Below are positions 63,044 to 64,000 of a DNA stretch of 64,000 nucleotides, piece after piece (within the stretch, counting starts at the first letter, position 1; the number at the start of each line of letters is the position of its first letter). The DNA comes from Hypanus sabinus (lineage: Eukaryota): NCBI RefSeq assembly GCF_030144855.1, contig NC_082721.1, positions 30,814,001-30,878,000 on the forward strand, given 5' to 3'. The notes below the pieces were generated by a model that saw nothing but the letters and a program-made list of their open reading frames with translations, made no database searches and had not been told where the DNA came from. Both the position numbers and the translations under genes were made by a program.

Positions 63044-63920
63044 GTCAAGTCAAATTTATTTATAAAGCACATTTAAAAACAACCCATGTTGACCAAAGTG
63101 CTGTACAAACTATAACAGGTAGCTAAAATCACAAATACAAAAAACACAGATATAAACACCAAGGCACTCAGCTTATAGGCACAAAATAAACAACACATGA
63201 GCCTAGGCACAAGCCAAAAATCAGCCACATCAGGAAGATCCAAACGCTAGCGAATAAAGGTAAGTTTTGAGCCTGGACCTAAAAGAGTCAATGGAGGGGG
63301 CAGATCTGATAGGGAGGGGAATGCTGTTCCACAGTCTAGGGGCTACAACAGCAAAGGCATGGTCACCCCTGAACTTAAATTTAGATCACAGGACATCCAG
63401 GAGCCCCAAGTTAACTGACCTGAAGGACCTAGAAGTAGAATAAGGAGTTAGAAGGTTTGCGACATAGGAGGGGACCAGCCCATTTAGGGCTTTATAAACA
63501 AACAGGAGAACCTTAAAATCAATTCTAAACTGTACTGGTATCCAGTGGAGAGAGGCCAGGATAGAAGTAATATGTCTTCCGGGAATCTGTCAGGAGCCTG
63601 GCTGCCGACTGACTAATCCCACAGGGAGTTGGAATAGTCCAAGCAGGAGGATATAAGGACGTGGATGACTTTCCTGAAATCTTTGAAAGAGAGAAACGGC
63701 TTGATTTTGGCAATAGTACAAAGCTGGAAAAAACTGGCTTTTACTACTGCATTAACTTGCTGTCAAACTTAAAGGCGGAATCAAATATCAGACCAAGGTT
63801 TTTGACATGAGGTTTGACAAAGGTGGACAGGTTACCAAAACTGTTGGTAATCACTTTGATGGAGTCAGGGGGGTGGCAAAAAGGACAACTTCAGACTTGC
63901 CTTTATTCAGCTGTAGGAAG
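63044..63920 (-). mobile_element. L2-clade LINE 3' fragment
   Basis: L2-type tail (aaatgtgctttataaataaatttgacttgac) and a degenerate VKNLGLIFDS...SSFFQL-type peptide. It splits the RTE reading frame. Confidence 0.65.
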
Positions 63921-64000
63921 TGGATAGGACATCCTACAGGAGTTCTCTTGATACTGAGTTAAAGGCTTTGGTAAGGTCGATGAATGCCATGTACAAAGGT

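Larger units (their letters stand above)
60845..64000 (-). mobile_element. RTE-clade LINE interrupted by two younger LINEs
   Basis: Fragments LYMAFIDLTKAF, GCPEKYIQILRLLHDGM, GVKQGCVIAPTLF, FPYLGSHLS, WETNAKDRKLW. Confidence 0.8.

Overview
Eukaryotic vertebrate genomic DNA. The CR1, Penelope and Rex1 repeat set suggests a cartilaginous fish, probably a ray; this is an inference. Most ORF-track entries are spurious or transposon debris, so I rebuilt the real genes from splice sites. Five protein-coding genes are present: SPPL2B exons 1-3 (minus strand), a complete LSM7 head-to-head with it (plus, 103 aa), a complete 86-aa CDC42 small effector (CDC42SE/SPEC) gene that the ORF track misses (minus), a complete 543-aa BTB-BACK-Kelch gene (plus), and the last two exons of a CERS4-type ceramide synthase (minus). 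Introns and spacers are filled with CR1, Rex1, RTE, L1, L2, Nimb, Penelope-like (PLE), LTR and DNA-transposon remnants. The most interesting signals are: (i) PLE termini carrying minimal hammerhead-ribozyme motifs; (ii) repeated short fold-back PLE mini-insertions with 13-14 bp target-site duplications (TSDs), one with a loop apparently copied from an unrelated neighbouring repeat; (iii) a near-perfect 34-bp hairpin with a template-switch signature in the CDC42SE gene; (iv) a CDC42SE paralogue and a kelch gene in a human-19p13-like neighbourhood where I recall neither in mammals.
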